A stretch of DNA of 64,000 bases from Verrucomicrobiia bacterium (GTDB lineage: Bacteria; Verrucomicrobiota; Verrucomicrobiia; Limisphaerales; Palsa-1400). The stretch covers positions 28,117 through 92,116 of the forward strand of contig DASXZY010000009.1 of assembly GCA_036501625.1 (NCBI GenBank), given 5' to 3'. The notes under the pieces were generated by a model. That model was given only the letters and a program-made list of their open reading frames with translations, ran no database searches and was not told where the DNA came from. A program made the translations under genes and the position numbers. This document shows positions 37,659 to 48,900 of this stretch, piece by piece; position 1 is the first letter of the stretch, and every line of letters begins with the position of its first letter.

Positions 37659-39563
37659 TTAGAACTGCGCGCTCAACGCAAACGCGATGCGCACGTGATA
37701 GGCTTCCGAAGAAGGAGTGCTCAACAGCGGCCAGGCGAAGGAGAGCATTCCGTTGAAATGCGAACCCAGCGAGATCGCGCCGGCAAAGCCTGTTCCCCAC
37801 AGCGGAGTGACAGCCGGAAAACCTTGCGGGTCCAACAAATACGTCTCGGCGTAGTCCATGAAAAACGATGCCCGAACCGTCAGAGGCTCGTGCGTCCCGC
37901 GGGTAGCGTAGCCGATTCGGTAGGGCGGCAATTTCAATTCCGAGGTCACGCGCCAGCCTTCATCGCCGAACACTTCGCCTTCGCGATATCCGCGAACGCC
38001 GGCGATGCCGCCCGCGCCAAATTCCTCGTTGCTGATGAGCGGTTCGCTGGACCATTGGCCGTCCGCGCGCAAGGCCAGTTTCCAATTGCGGGGAAGCGTT
38101 TCCTCGCGGCTCACGTTGCCGGACAGGATATGCCAATACCCGGTCGCGTGGGTTGAAACGGCCAGCTCGTCCAGATTGGAGCGCGAGCCGGAATGCCAGA
38201 CGTTGGGACTGTAACCGAGGCCAAATCCCGTTGTGCCGTAGTGATCATTGCGAGTGGCATCCCAGCGCACATTGATCGGCAGATAAAGCAGCGATAAGCG
38301 CGTGGCTGGTTCGGGCGAAGTGAAAACATTGTTTAACAGGAAGGGCTGGCCGTTGAGGTTCGTCTCATATTCCAGAAAATGGAACACGTTGGTTTCGAAA
38401 AACACCGTTTTAAAATCCTTAAGGTCCATGCCGGCGCGGAAGCGGCTGCTAAAGCCCCAGAATTCCGGCAAGGGCTTGGTCACGCGCCAGCCCAAGTCGT
38501 AGTTTTCAGTCAAATCCTGGGTGACGTCCTGGCGGAAGGCGCTGTTGCCCGCGCCGCCATTGGTCCCAAGGGGAATGTTTTGGGCGGCTCCATCCTGCAC
38601 GCCGGTATCGATGGTCGAGCCGCTGGCGTAGATGTTCAATTCCGGGGCACCCGTGCCGGGCGGCAGCACAAACTTGCGCGTGGCCTCGTTGTAGCCAAAT
38701 TTGTCAGCCACGCGGGCTGCTTCATCGGCGAACGAATCGGGGCTGCCCAGCGGCAATCGGTAGAAAATGCTGTAGTTGGCCACCTGCGGCTGGTCGTAGA
38801 AGTTCCATTTTCCACCCTGTTTGGAATCTTCCTCGGAAAAGGTGTACTGGATTCCAAAGGAATGATCCAATTGCCAGAGATTGTTATAGACGGCTGAGGA
38901 AGCCAAGCGCATATCCGGCGTGCCGGGAGTGCTTTGGTTGTTGGCTTCAATCTTGGCGTGCAACGGCTGGCGGTCCTTCACTTGCAGCACCAGGGAAGTT
39001 GTGTCGGGCGTCGGGCCGGGATGGATTTCGGGATAAATCTGGCGGTCCTGATTGGCGTTGGCCAAATCCAATTGCGGCTGCAGCAGCTTGCTGTTCATGT
39101 GGATATTGGGCTTCAAGCCGGGCAGCGCGCGCATGACGTTGTTGGAGCTGTAGAAGCGGTTGCCCTTGACGATGATCTCCGCCAGCCGCCCTTCAAACAC
39201 TTGAATCTTGAAAACGGCATTGGTCAGCCGTTGCTGCGGAATGGTCACGCTGATGGTGTCGAAACCTCGGTCGTGATATTCCATCTGCAACTCCTTGACG
39301 GCTTTGGCCACGTCCACGAAGGTCACATCGCCGGTATGTTTGGCCAGGATGCCATGCAACACCTTTTCCGGAAGAAGTGTGTTGCCGGCGACGTCGTAGC
39401 GGTCGATCCGAAAATGGAGTGTCTGCGCGGGCGGGGCGGCGTTGGTTGAGGCCTGGTTGGTTTCGGCGGCCCGGCATGTCAAACAAAGGCCCGCCAAAAC
39501 GGCGGCGAGCGCGCACCGGAAAAAAAAGGCGCGATGGTTTGGCAGGGGGTTTGGGGCGGCCAT
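37659..39563 (-). CDS. TpsB outer-membrane transporter (ShlB/FhaC/HecB family)
   Basis: Signal peptide, then a POTRA region (LHFRIDRYDVAGNTLLPEKVLHGILAKHTGDVTFVDVAKAVKELQMEYHDRGFDTISVTIPQQRLTNAVFKIQVFEGRL), then a long beta-barrel region. It lies directly upstream of tpsA with an 8-bp gap. Confidence 0.85.
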   Translation of the reverse strand: MAAPNPLPNHRAFFFRCALAAVLAGLCLTCRAAETNQASTNAAPPAQTLHFRIDRYDVAGNTLLPEKVLHGILAKHTGDVTFVDVAKAVKELQMEYHDRGFDTISVTIPQQRLTNAVFKIQVFEGRLAEIIVKGNRFYSSNNVMRALPGLKPNIHMNSKLLQPQLDLANANQDRQIYPEIHPGPTPDTTSLVLQVKDRQPLHAKIEANNQSTPGTPDMRLASSAVYNNLWQLDHSFGIQYTFSEEDSKQGGKWNFYDQPQVANYSIFYRLPLGSPDSFADEAARVADKFGYNEATRKFVLPPGTGAPELNIYASGSTIDTGVQDGAAQNIPLGTNGGAGNSAFRQDVTQDLTENYDLGWRVTKPLPEFWGFSSRFRAGMDLKDFKTVFFETNVFHFLEYETNLNGQPFLLNNVFTSPEPATRLSLLYLPINVRWDATRNDHYGTTGFGLGYSPNVWHSGSRSNLDELAVSTHATGYWHILSGNVSREETLPRNWKLALRADGQWSSEPLISNEEFGAGGIAGVRGYREGEVFGDEGWRVTSELKLPPYRIGYATRGTHEPLTVRASFFMDYAETYLLDPQGFPAVTPLWGTGFAGAISLGSHFNGMLSFAWPLLSTPSSEAYHVRIAFALSAQF

Positions 39564-40475
39564 TTAGAGGTTTATCCGCGCGGCCGGGCGGGCGGAGTAT
39601 TGCTGGCGCCGCCACCGTCCCGGGCTGACGCCAAAACGCCTCTTGAATAATTCGCTGAACACGCTGCTGGACTGATACCCGCTCTCGAGAGCGACCTCGA
39701 CAACTTTGGCGCCGGAACCGGCCAGCAACTCACAGGCGCGATTCAGGCGCAGTTCAATCTGCTTCTCCCGGAACGAAGCTCCCAGTTCCTTTCGGAACAG
39801 GCGATGCACGTGCCTCGTGCTGCACGACATCATGGGCGCGAGGTCCGAAACCGACAATTGCACGAATTCAGAAGCCGCCATTTGGTTCATGATTTTTCGG
39901 AAGCGATCCCGCCCATCCATCCACGTTTTGGGGGTGGACGAATCGCGGCCGGGTTCCCATTCAAATAAATCCATGAACAATTGCACCAAGCGAAGGCGCA
40001 TCGAAGAATCGCTCGCGCTGAAGCAGGGCCGAAGCGCCAACATGGGACCGCCGGGAGGCAGCACGCGCACGGCCTGGGCCTTGTGCCCGGCGGCTTGTTT
40101 GAGAAAATGTTGTTCTCCCAAGCTTAACAGCCCGGAGAGTTTTCCAGTTTCCACGCAAAAATAGGTGATGGCCACCTCGCTCAACTGGCTGGCGCGGACA
40201 GCTCCGCGGGCTTCGGCGGAAAGAACCAGAGTCGAGCCGGCGGGGACTTCGCGCGCGTCGTTCTGCTCCTGCCAATAACTGATTCCGCTTCCAATGTGTG
40301 CCAGACACCAGCCTCGGAAACGAGGCTTCCATTCCGCGCCTTTGGGCAGGCGGATTTCCCGGATGGCCAAATGCGGCTCAAATTGCGGCAGCGTTCTCAT
40401 GCGCGGCGAGTGTTCCAGAGGATTGTGGCGATTTGATTGCGCGAATGTTAAGTTTATGAGACGAACTATTCCCAA
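39564..40475 (-). CDS. AraC family transcriptional regulator
   Basis: C-terminal double HTH: ...LSVSDLAPMMSCSTRHVHRLFRKELGASF...NRACELLAGSGAKVVEVALESGYQSSSVFSELFKRRFGVSPGRWRR. Its stop abuts the tpsB start. Confidence 0.85.
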   Translation of the reverse strand: MGIVRLINLTFAQSNRHNPLEHSPRMRTLPQFEPHLAIREIRLPKGAEWKPRFRGWCLAHIGSGISYWQEQNDAREVPAGSTLVLSAEARGAVRASQLSEVAITYFCVETGKLSGLLSLGEQHFLKQAAGHKAQAVRVLPPGGPMLALRPCFSASDSSMRLRLVQLFMDLFEWEPGRDSSTPKTWMDGRDRFRKIMNQMAASEFVQLSVSDLAPMMSCSTRHVHRLFRKELGASFREKQIELRLNRACELLAGSGAKVVEVALESGYQSSSVFSELFKRRFGVSPGRWRRQQYSARPAARINL

Positions 40476-40491
40476 CGCGCAACGGCCCTTT

Positions 40492-40905
40492 TTAAGGCGC
40501 CTGGGTGGCCAAACCGATCTTGGTGATTTCCAATTGCTGGAGCGCGTCCAGCACTTTGATCATGCTTTGGTAAGCGACGTTGTCCGCGCCTTTTACGACG
40601 ATTTTGGGGTCGGGGTCGGTTGCCTTGATGGCGCGCAATTTGTCCATGAGTTGCGCGTCGGGCACGACGTCGCCATTGAGAGTCACGCGGCCTTTTTCAT
40701 CCACTTCGATGCGATTAACCTTCGGTTTGGGAGCATTGGGATTGGGCGGCGGCGGCCTGCCCGAAGGAAGGGCCATTTCGAGGCTGTTCACCATTTGCGG
40801 CGTCGTAATGATGAAAATGACCAGCAGAACGAAGACCAGATCCAGCAACGGAGTGATGTTCAATTCGTTGAGCGTGCTGTGGCCGCGCCGGGATGTTTTT
40901 CTCAT
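40492..40905 (-). CDS. exbD: Biopolymer transport protein ExbD/TolR (copy 2)
   Basis: LNELNITPLLDLVFVLLVIFIITTPQM is the ExbD N-terminal TM signature. Confidence 0.85.
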   Translation of the reverse strand: MRKTSRRGHSTLNELNITPLLDLVFVLLVIFIITTPQMVNSLEMALPSGRPPPPNPNAPKPKVNRIEVDEKGRVTLNGDVVPDAQLMDKLRAIKATDPDPKIVVKGADNVAYQSMIKVLDALQQLEITKIGLATQAP

Positions 40906-40908
40906 GGC

Positions 40909-41595
40909 TTACGGGGCAATGGCCTGGGTTTCGACGACATCGAATCGCACCACGACACGCGGCGGGAAATGGGCCGGCGGCGGGCGGTCCATCGTTTTGG
41001 CATCAGCGAGCGAGCGCCGCACGGAATCGTCCCAACGCTGGCTGCCGGAGCTTTTCTTCCAAACCGGATCGCTGATCCGCCCGGCCGAGTCAACTGCAAC
41101 TTCCACTTCCGCCACAAAGGCATGATCGTCCATGTCCTCGGGGCGGTCCCAACGGGAGCGCAACGAGTACTCGATCAAGCCCTTGTAGATTTGAGACGGG
41201 TCGGAAGAAGTTTCCACAGCCTTGCCGCCCTCGAAAACAAAGGATGGCACATCGACAGAAGGGGGGGCGATGACCGGCGGCGCGGCGAGGGTGGGCGCGG
41301 CCGGCGGCGGGGCTTGCACGACGGTTTTCGGTTCCTCGACCTTGGGGGCTTCGACAACTTTAGGAGGTTCGATTTTGGGCGGTTCTTCCTTGGGTTTTTC
41401 CGGTTCCTTCGGTTTTTCGGGCGGCTTCTCCTTGACCATCTCAACCGCGATTTTTTTGATTTGCTTGCCGAGCAATCCCTGGCGCGCGGCGAAGTAGAGC
41501 AGGGCCAGCACGATGGCCCCGTGAAAGATGGCCGAATAAACCAAGTTGACCTTGGTTGAATTGCGGGCCTGTCTTTGCTGCGTTTGCGGAACCAT
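40909..41595 (-). CDS. tonB: TonB family energy transducer (Pro/Lys/Glu-rich spacer)
   Basis: N-terminal TM (LVYSAIFHGAIVLALLYFAA), then a (EKPK/PPKV)n proline-rich spacer, then a C-terminal globular region. It sits between two exbD genes. Confidence 0.7.
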   Translation of the reverse strand: MVPQTQQRQARNSTKVNLVYSAIFHGAIVLALLYFAARQGLLGKQIKKIAVEMVKEKPPEKPKEPEKPKEEPPKIEPPKVVEAPKVEEPKTVVQAPPPAAPTLAAPPVIAPPSVDVPSFVFEGGKAVETSSDPSQIYKGLIEYSLRSRWDRPEDMDDHAFVAEVEVAVDSAGRISDPVWKKSSGSQRWDDSVRRSLADAKTMDRPPPAHFPPRVVVRFDVVETQAIAP

Positions 41596-41609
41596 CGGCG
41601 CGCCTCGGC

Positions 41610-42023
41610 TTATTTTTTATCCGCCGCTTCGGTCGCCAGGTCCACCTTGGCTACGTTGGCCTGCTGGCAGGCATCCAGCACGGCGCGGATTTGGCTGTAC
41701 TTGGTCTTGCCGTCGCCGCGCACAATAACGCTCAAGTCCGGGTCGTCGATGCGCAATTCGACCAGCTTCGCCTGCAATTGGGCCGCGGTCGTGGACGCTT
41801 TGTTGATCCACACCTGGCCATCAGCCTGGACGGTGATGTAGTTGGCCTTTCGCGGCGGGTCCTTTTGATGTTTGGAAGCGGCGGGCAGATTCAGGTCCAG
41901 ATCATTGACGATGGGCGTCGTCGTAATGATAAAAATCACCAACAGCACAAACGCCAAGTCCAGCAAGGGCGTGATGTTTAACTCCGTCAGAGAATGGTGC
42001 GAGGAATGGGAGCACTTTTTCAT
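41610..42023 (-). CDS. exbD: Biopolymer transport protein ExbD/TolR (copy 1)
   Basis: LTELNITPLLDLAFVLLVIFIITTTPI. 4-bp overlap with exbB. Confidence 0.85.
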   Translation of the reverse strand: MKKCSHSSHHSLTELNITPLLDLAFVLLVIFIITTTPIVNDLDLNLPAASKHQKDPPRKANYITVQADGQVWINKASTTAAQLQAKLVELRIDDPDLSVIVRGDGKTKYSQIRAVLDACQQANVAKVDLATEAADKK

Positions 42024-42910
42024 GGCCGGCTGATTTCGACCATCGCCGGCCCGCCCCCTCTCAAGGCGGCGGTAATGCGCGACGCCAGCACCTCATTGGC
42101 TTCCCGGATTTCATCGGCCAGCGGGCGATTGTCCACGTAACGATGCTCCATTTGGTTGGCGAAGCGGCTGGCGAAACCGTCCAATTCCTGGGTAATCGCA
42201 CGAATAGTGGTGACCATGAAATTGTAGCTGAACATCGCCGGGATGGCCACGAGCAGGCCGATGACCGTGCAGATCAACGCGCCCGCCACACCGGGAGCCA
42301 TGGCTGTCAAACTGGCGGAGCCGGCGTTGGCGATGCCAGAGAAGGTCTCCATCACCCCCCAAACCGTTCCGAGCAATCCGATGAACGGGCCGCCCGCGAC
42401 GGCGGTGGAAAGCACGATCATTCCTTTTTCCAAGGCCATCGCTTCCGCCGCCGCCCGCTCTTCCATGACGACCTTTACTGCTTCAAACGAGGCTGCGCTG
42501 ACCCTGGCGCTGGCGCCGCGCACCAGAAACGCGGTATTACCGTGGCCCGTGGTGGGATCGGAAGTCATGTCCGCGCGGGCTTGCACCTGCACGGGATAAT
42601 GCTGCAAATGGTAATCCAGTTCGTCGGCGCCGCGAATGTAAAGATGGTAGGCGGGAGCGCCTTCAAAACTTCGCTTCGTCCGCTTGATCTCCAGCGGGTC
42701 GCGCGTGGCTTCGTAATCGGAGTAGAATTTCCGCCCCCATTTGCGGGCGATGGCCAATTGGCGGGCCTTGGTGATGATAATGGTCCAGCTAAAAAGCGAC
42801 AGTACCAGCAGCGCGGACATCGTGATCTTGCCTTCGGGCGTCGCTTTCTGGATCGCGAATTCCAACGCATTGGCAGCAGCCAGCATTGGGCTGATATGAA
42901 ATGACAGCAT
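42020..42910 (-). CDS. exbB: MotA/TolQ/ExbB proton-channel family protein
   Basis: Three TM segments and the conserved ...GTVWGVMETFSGIANAGSASLTAMAPGVAGALICTVIGLLVAIP core. Confidence 0.85.
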   Translation of the reverse strand: MLSFHISPMLAAANALEFAIQKATPEGKITMSALLVLSLFSWTIIITKARQLAIARKWGRKFYSDYEATRDPLEIKRTKRSFEGAPAYHLYIRGADELDYHLQHYPVQVQARADMTSDPTTGHGNTAFLVRGASARVSAASFEAVKVVMEERAAAEAMALEKGMIVLSTAVAGGPFIGLLGTVWGVMETFSGIANAGSASLTAMAPGVAGALICTVIGLLVAIPAMFSYNFMVTTIRAITQELDGFASRFANQMEHRYVDNRPLADEIREANEVLASRITAALRGGGPAMVEISRP

Positions 42911-42986
42911 CGTCCGGCGAGGTTACCACTCACTCGGTGGCAATCGTCCGTCGATATTGCAACGATTGTGTAAAATCCCGCCCGGC

Positions 42987-45900
42987 CTACGGATGGCTGA
43001 TGGCGCGATAGTAGATTTCCGGACCGGCCACTCCGGGCAAGACGGTTTGAACGTTGTTGGAAACTTGCACGAGCCGCACTGGCAGCCAATTGGTTAAGAG
43101 CAGATTGGTGCTCATTTGCAACAGGTAGTTCGAACCAGGATTGCCGTGGAAGATGAGCAGAGGCAGCGAATTGGGGCCGAGCGCGGCTTCGAGCACAGGC
43201 TGCACACCGACGACAATCGCGCGGCCAGGCTGGCTGGAAATATCGCCGACCGGGATGCCATTCAGCGTTGTCCCAATCAGGTTGGAGCCGGCCAGCGGAT
43301 AAACGCCGGACGGGCCGGGCAGCGGCGCGAAGGAGAGCGTGCCAATCGTGGCGGAAGTTTGCAGGGACTGGCCGGATTGCGCGTTGATGGTGAGGAGGAT
43401 GTTCCCCGTATTGAGCGCCTGCGCGGAACCGGAGGCGATGGCGGGATTGCCGGGAGTAAAGGTCCAGTTTGTAAAACGCCCGGACGGATTGAGCACGACC
43501 ATGTTCAGGCTGGACAGCCCGACGGTTGAGAGAAGGTTCAGCGGGACGCTGCCGGTTTGGCCGACTTGCACGACCGTCGAGCCGAGGCCGAGTTCAACGC
43601 AGTCGCTGACGGTCACCGTGAAAGTCATGGAATTGCTCAACGGCGGCGAGCTGCTGTCGGCGGCCCAAACTGTGATGCGGTTGGTCGTGCTGCCCTGCTC
43701 GCACACGGGCTGCCATTGGAAAATGCCATTGGTCGTGATGAACGCGCCCGCGGGAGCGCCCGCGCCCAGGCTGAAAGTCACGGGCGGCGTGGCCGCTTGC
43801 GCCACATTGGAAATGACCAGCGTCTGGCCGACGGCCACGAATTGATCGGTGACCGGGGTGATGGCGGGAGGCGGGAGAACGGTTGTGCCCACGACCGCAT
43901 CGGCGCCATAGGCGGTTCCGGCGCTGTTGATGGCCACGACTCGATAATGAACCGCCGAATCCGAGGACAGCCCGCCAATGGGAATTGTGACGGATTGCGT
44001 GTCGTAGAGGCTTAACGAGAGGCTGACGCTGGGGCTGGTTTGGCCGTAGTTGGTGGTGGGGCCGTATTGGAAGTAAACCTGCGTATCGCTGCCGTTGGGG
44101 TTGACCGCGGCGTTGAGCGTCGCGGTGGCCGACGTGACATTGACGGCATCCAACGTGGCGGCCGCGGGAGCCGTTATGGGCAGGCCGTAAGTGATGGTGT
44201 AGGAACCGGTGGAATTGTAGTCAAATATATGGATGAGATTGTAGTTTTGCGCCGGCAGCATGTGAACCCGTTGCGGCGTTTGCCACACGTTTGGCCCCAC
44301 CAAAAGGCTTGTTCCGTCGGATCGCTTGACGCTGGCGATCGGATAATTGCCGGCGCCGGGGTCCACGATCTCCAAATACGCCCAGCCGGATGGGACTGTT
44401 CCCTGCACGGCAGCCGTGACATTTGAAACCGTTTGCGATGGCGCGCCGATGGCGCCCGTGCCCGTGATGCCAACGGAAGTGACTGGATGAGTCGAGCCAT
44501 CGCTGGAAAATACAATGTCGGGCGGAGCATCGATTGTATTCGTGTCGTCGTTGACCAGGAAATCCGGCAGGCCATCGTCGGCCGGATAAGTCAGGCGGAC
44601 GACGTGATTCATTTCAAACGTATTGACGCCGCTTATCAATGAGGTGTTGGTGTTGCCAAGGTCGTCCGTGTGTTGGAAGGAGGCATCGAAGCCAATGAAT
44701 TGCCCCTCCAAAGTGGAGGTCATGTACCACAGGCCTTCAGCCGTTGCGTCTGGCCCGATTGCTCCCAGATCGAGAGTCAACGAAGGGGACGCGGCCTGAT
44801 TCGTTCCAGCTTGCGAACCAATAAGTTGAAACGCAATGAGCAGATCGTTCGAATTCTGAATAATCTTGGGCTGCGAGGAGGTGATGGAAAAATCATGCGC
44901 CGTGCCCTGGCCGGAATTGACAACCAGAATCCCCAGCGCGAACGGAATGGAAGGCTCGACCGGGATTGTGAAAGGGTCGTCGCTATAAACGTCGTGCTGG
45001 AGGAAGTAATCGACGGTCAGAATTGGCGTGGGCAGAACCGTGATCGGAACCGGGAAGAGCGGGACGGTGACTGGTTCGCCATTCAACGTGTAGGAGAAGG
45101 AGCCGCCGACGCTGAATTGAGCCGGAGCGGCCGGGGCGGCGTTGGTGGCCGGCACGATGATCCACGAAGCGGCGCCGGATGCGCCGTCGGCCAGCACGCC
45201 GCCGCCGCTGACGGAATTGATGCCGCTGAGAGTGGGCGGCGGAATGCCAAAGAAGCTCGTGGCGACATTATTGGAGGCGTCATACACAATCAGATTGACA
45301 GAAAGATTGTTGACCTCGCCGCCGGAATTGTTGTTGAGCTGGAGCGAGGCGCTGAAGGCGTCGCGGGCAATCACGGCGCTTTGCTGAATCTGAAGCTTGA
45401 CCTCGACGATGGCGCCTTGCGGTGTGACAAAGTTATAATTTGGAAACTGAATGGCCGGAGGAGTTGCCGGCTGCGCGATAGCCGCCACGCCCCCGGGCGA
45501 GCCTCCGCCTCCGCCTCCACCGCCTCCGCCACCGCCTCCGCCTCCGCCTCCACCGCCGCACGATGTGCAAACCGCCACCACTGGAGGAGGCGTGGGCGCA
45601 GCCCGCTCGCAACTGGCCGGGTCGGCGTCATAGACGTAAATCGGGACGACGGTGAAGTTGGTCGCGTTGATGGCCGCCACATGATAGCTGAGTTGGGCGG
45701 TGATGCTATTGGGGACTGGCGAGCTTTTGCCCATGCGGATGAAATTGACCGGAACGACAATGTTGGTCTCAGGCCCCAAATCTCCGAGATTGGTCACCAG
45801 CGGCTGAATAAACCAATCGGGATGCGGCCCGAAATAAAAGACCAGGTCCTGCGCGGAGATGAGGCCGCTGTTGGTAATGGTGAAATCAATTTGATTCGTT

Positions 45901-48900
45901 GTATTCGTCAGCGTGCAAAGGTCCACCGCGCCGGGATTGAGCGTCACCACCGGCCACGGCACCGAAGTCTCAAAAGTGGTGTCGAGCGTGAACTGGTAAT
46001 GATCGGGAATCACGGTGGGGGTGACGACCCAGGTGTAATCGACCAATTGGAGGCTGAGGAAGGCGGTCAGGTCATTGGTCTGCCCTCCGGCCACGAGCAG
46101 CGTGGCAGAGTAGGTCGCGTGTTCGGGCGCGGAGATCGAGACGGTATAATACGCGGCCGTCAGATTGGAAAACAAGGCGACGCCGGACTCGCCGGTGACG
46201 AAGTTAGTGACATTGGTTCCGCTGGCGAAATCGTTGACCATGATGGTGGCGTTGGAGACGTTCGGATTGCCCGCGCCATAGACGCTCAATTCATCCTGCA
46301 CCGTGACTTGCAACGCGCCGTGCTGGCTTGAGACGCACTCAAATGTGAACGGCACTGTGGATTGGGAATTGGAGCCGCTCAGAATCAAACTGCTGGAATA
46401 CGGCCCCAACGGCAGGGTCGCCGATGGAGTCAGCGCCAGCATGACTTGGTTGCTTTGGCCAAGGGACATCGAAGGAATCGGCTGCGGCGTGACCAAACTC
46501 AACCAGGGCGCCTGCGGAAGAATGATCGACACCGGGCCGCTCGGCAGGCCGCCGGCATTTCCAATCCAAAACGGCACCAGCGTTTGGCCGCCTTGCACCA
46601 TGTTGGCCATCAGTGTGCCGGGAGTGGAGGTCAACTGGGCCGCGAGATATGTGACTGAGGCGTTGACTGGAAGAAAATTGGCAGTCCCTTGGTCGGTGGT
46701 AATCCGAATATTGAATTGATCCTGCACGCCCTCGTTCGCGGGCGCCGTGAAAACGCATGTCAACTGCACGGAGCCGCCGCCAGGGAGAGTGCCGGGAACG
46801 CTCAGTTGCTCCTGAAGGTCGGGCGTGTTGCCGATGACCGTCGCGGTCAACCCCGTCAGCGGCACACTAGTCAGATTGGAAAGGGTGATGATGTTCGTTT
46901 GCGGGACTCCGGGAACGAGCGTGTCGTTAATGCCGTTGGGACTTAGCCCCATTCCAACAATGGTGAAACTGGCTTGGGCCGCCGGCACGGCCTGGCCTGG
47001 CAAATTCGCGGCGATTTGATAGAAGCCCGTTTCAGTCGGAAGCGGCATGAAATCGACCACGCCCGAACCCTGCGCGCCCGTGATGAGCGGCAGGCTGCGG
47101 ATGATTCCCGCGGTGGAAATCCAGGCAACAGCCGCTTGGCTGCCCAGCGGCGCCTGATTGGAGCAACTGAACGTCTGCACGGAAATCGGCACCACGCCGC
47201 CCATCGGGTAAATGGCCTCGCTCGGCTGCGCGCTGGCGCAATAGCCGAGCACCGTCAGCGCGGCGGGCGCGCTGGTGACCGAGCCAGCCAGGTTGCTCAC
47301 GATTACGCTGTAGGCGCCCTGGTTGCCGATTTGGACATTGTTGAGAGTGAGCGTGCCGCTGGTCGCTCCCGACACCGGCGAATTGCCCAACTGCCACTGA
47401 TACGTGAAGGGCGCCGTCCCATTCACACTGACAGTGAACAACGCCGTTCCGCCCGCGCCGACCGATTGCGGTTGTGGCGGAGTGGCTACCGACGGCCCAA
47501 CGATGACATTCAACGCGGCCGCGTCGCTCGTGACCGTGCCGAAGGCATTATTGACAACAAGCTGGTAGGCGCCTGAATCGGTGAACTTGGCGCCGGGAAT
47601 GGCCAGCACGTTGCTGTGCGAGCCGCTGATGCGGCCATTGTCGGCCAGCGGGGCGCCGTCAAAGAGCCATTGATACGTGAAGGGGGGCGTCCCGATGGCG
47701 ATGGCGCTCAATTGCGCGGTGGCGCCCTGCGCCAGATACATGCCTTGCGGTTGCAGGGCGATGTCCGGCGATGGCGTGGCGGCGGAATAAATTCCAGCCA
47801 TTTCGACGCGCAAACCGGTGGGGCCGCTGGCCGCGTTCGTGACAACAAAATCCAGCGTGTTGGCGCCATAAGCGAACCAGCCGGGCGCGTTAATGGAAAA
47901 AGCCTTCCAGGAAGTTGCATTGCCTCCGCTAATGCCGGTGGCTTGCCCGTTGAGATAGACCCCTTGCAATTGGCCGGCCGCGGCGAATTGGCCCGTGATG
48001 ACGGCCGTGGAGGGATCCGCGTTGCTGATGACAAAAGCCGTCTGATAATCGTAAACTCCGGGGGGACCATCGAGGTTGGTGTCGTTGGCCGGCCCGATCC
48101 ACGCTGAAGAAGCATCCGCCCCGATCCAGGAAACAGAACCGCCGCCAATCTGGATCAAGTTTGTGCCGGCCGGCACGCTGGCCAGCCGGTAATGGAAATC
48201 GCCATCGGTGAGGGCGGGCAGAAGCGCGCCGCTCGCATCCACGCCCGTATCGAAGAGCGTCGCCAGCGAAAGTTTGACAGTGACCGCGGCCACGGCGCTG
48301 GTGGCGGCTCCGTAGGCGTTGGTCAGAACCACCTTGTAACTGCCGGCATCGCTCATCGAAGCCGGGGAGATCGTCAGCAAATTGCTCTGGGAGCCGGTCA
48401 CGCCGCCGCCGTCAATCAGATTTGTTCCGTTCAAGGACCATTGATAGGAAATCGGCGCAGCCCCGATGGCACCGACAGATAATTGCAGGGCCGCCCCGGA
48501 GGAAACGGTCTGGCTCCGCGGTTGAACGGTGACGGCCGGCACGGGATAATGAAAATGAGCCAGGTAATTATGATCGCCGTTGACCACGACCTGGAAGGAG
48601 GCGTTGGTCGTCACCAGAAAACCGTCCTCGCTCCAATAATCGAACACATACGGAAGCGGAACGTTCAGTGGCGCCGCCGTGACGGTGGTCGAAGCGCCCA
48701 GCGGGAATGAGCCGCCGCCCGCAGTCATGCCCGCGCCTGCCGGGGTGACCGCTGTCGCAATCGTGTAGAGCGGGCCGGTGTAGGGCGCCAGGATAAAGTT
48801 GACGGCCTGGACGGAGTTGCTGACAGTGGCTGTTTGGTTTGTCGCCGGATTGTAGCCGCGGGCGGGCAGTCCCTGCAGGCCGACCGAATAAGCGCCGTTG

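Noticed and set aside
44670-46331. 553-aa plus-strand ORF inside the 2986-aa gene. Similar antisense ORFs occur at 54065..55513 (in pilQ), 56660..57901, 62221..63600, 28384..29427 (in pqqE) and 21214..22197 (in moxR).
   Set aside because: They are antisense to well-supported genes, have low-complexity Arg/Gly-rich products, and lack signal or domain features.
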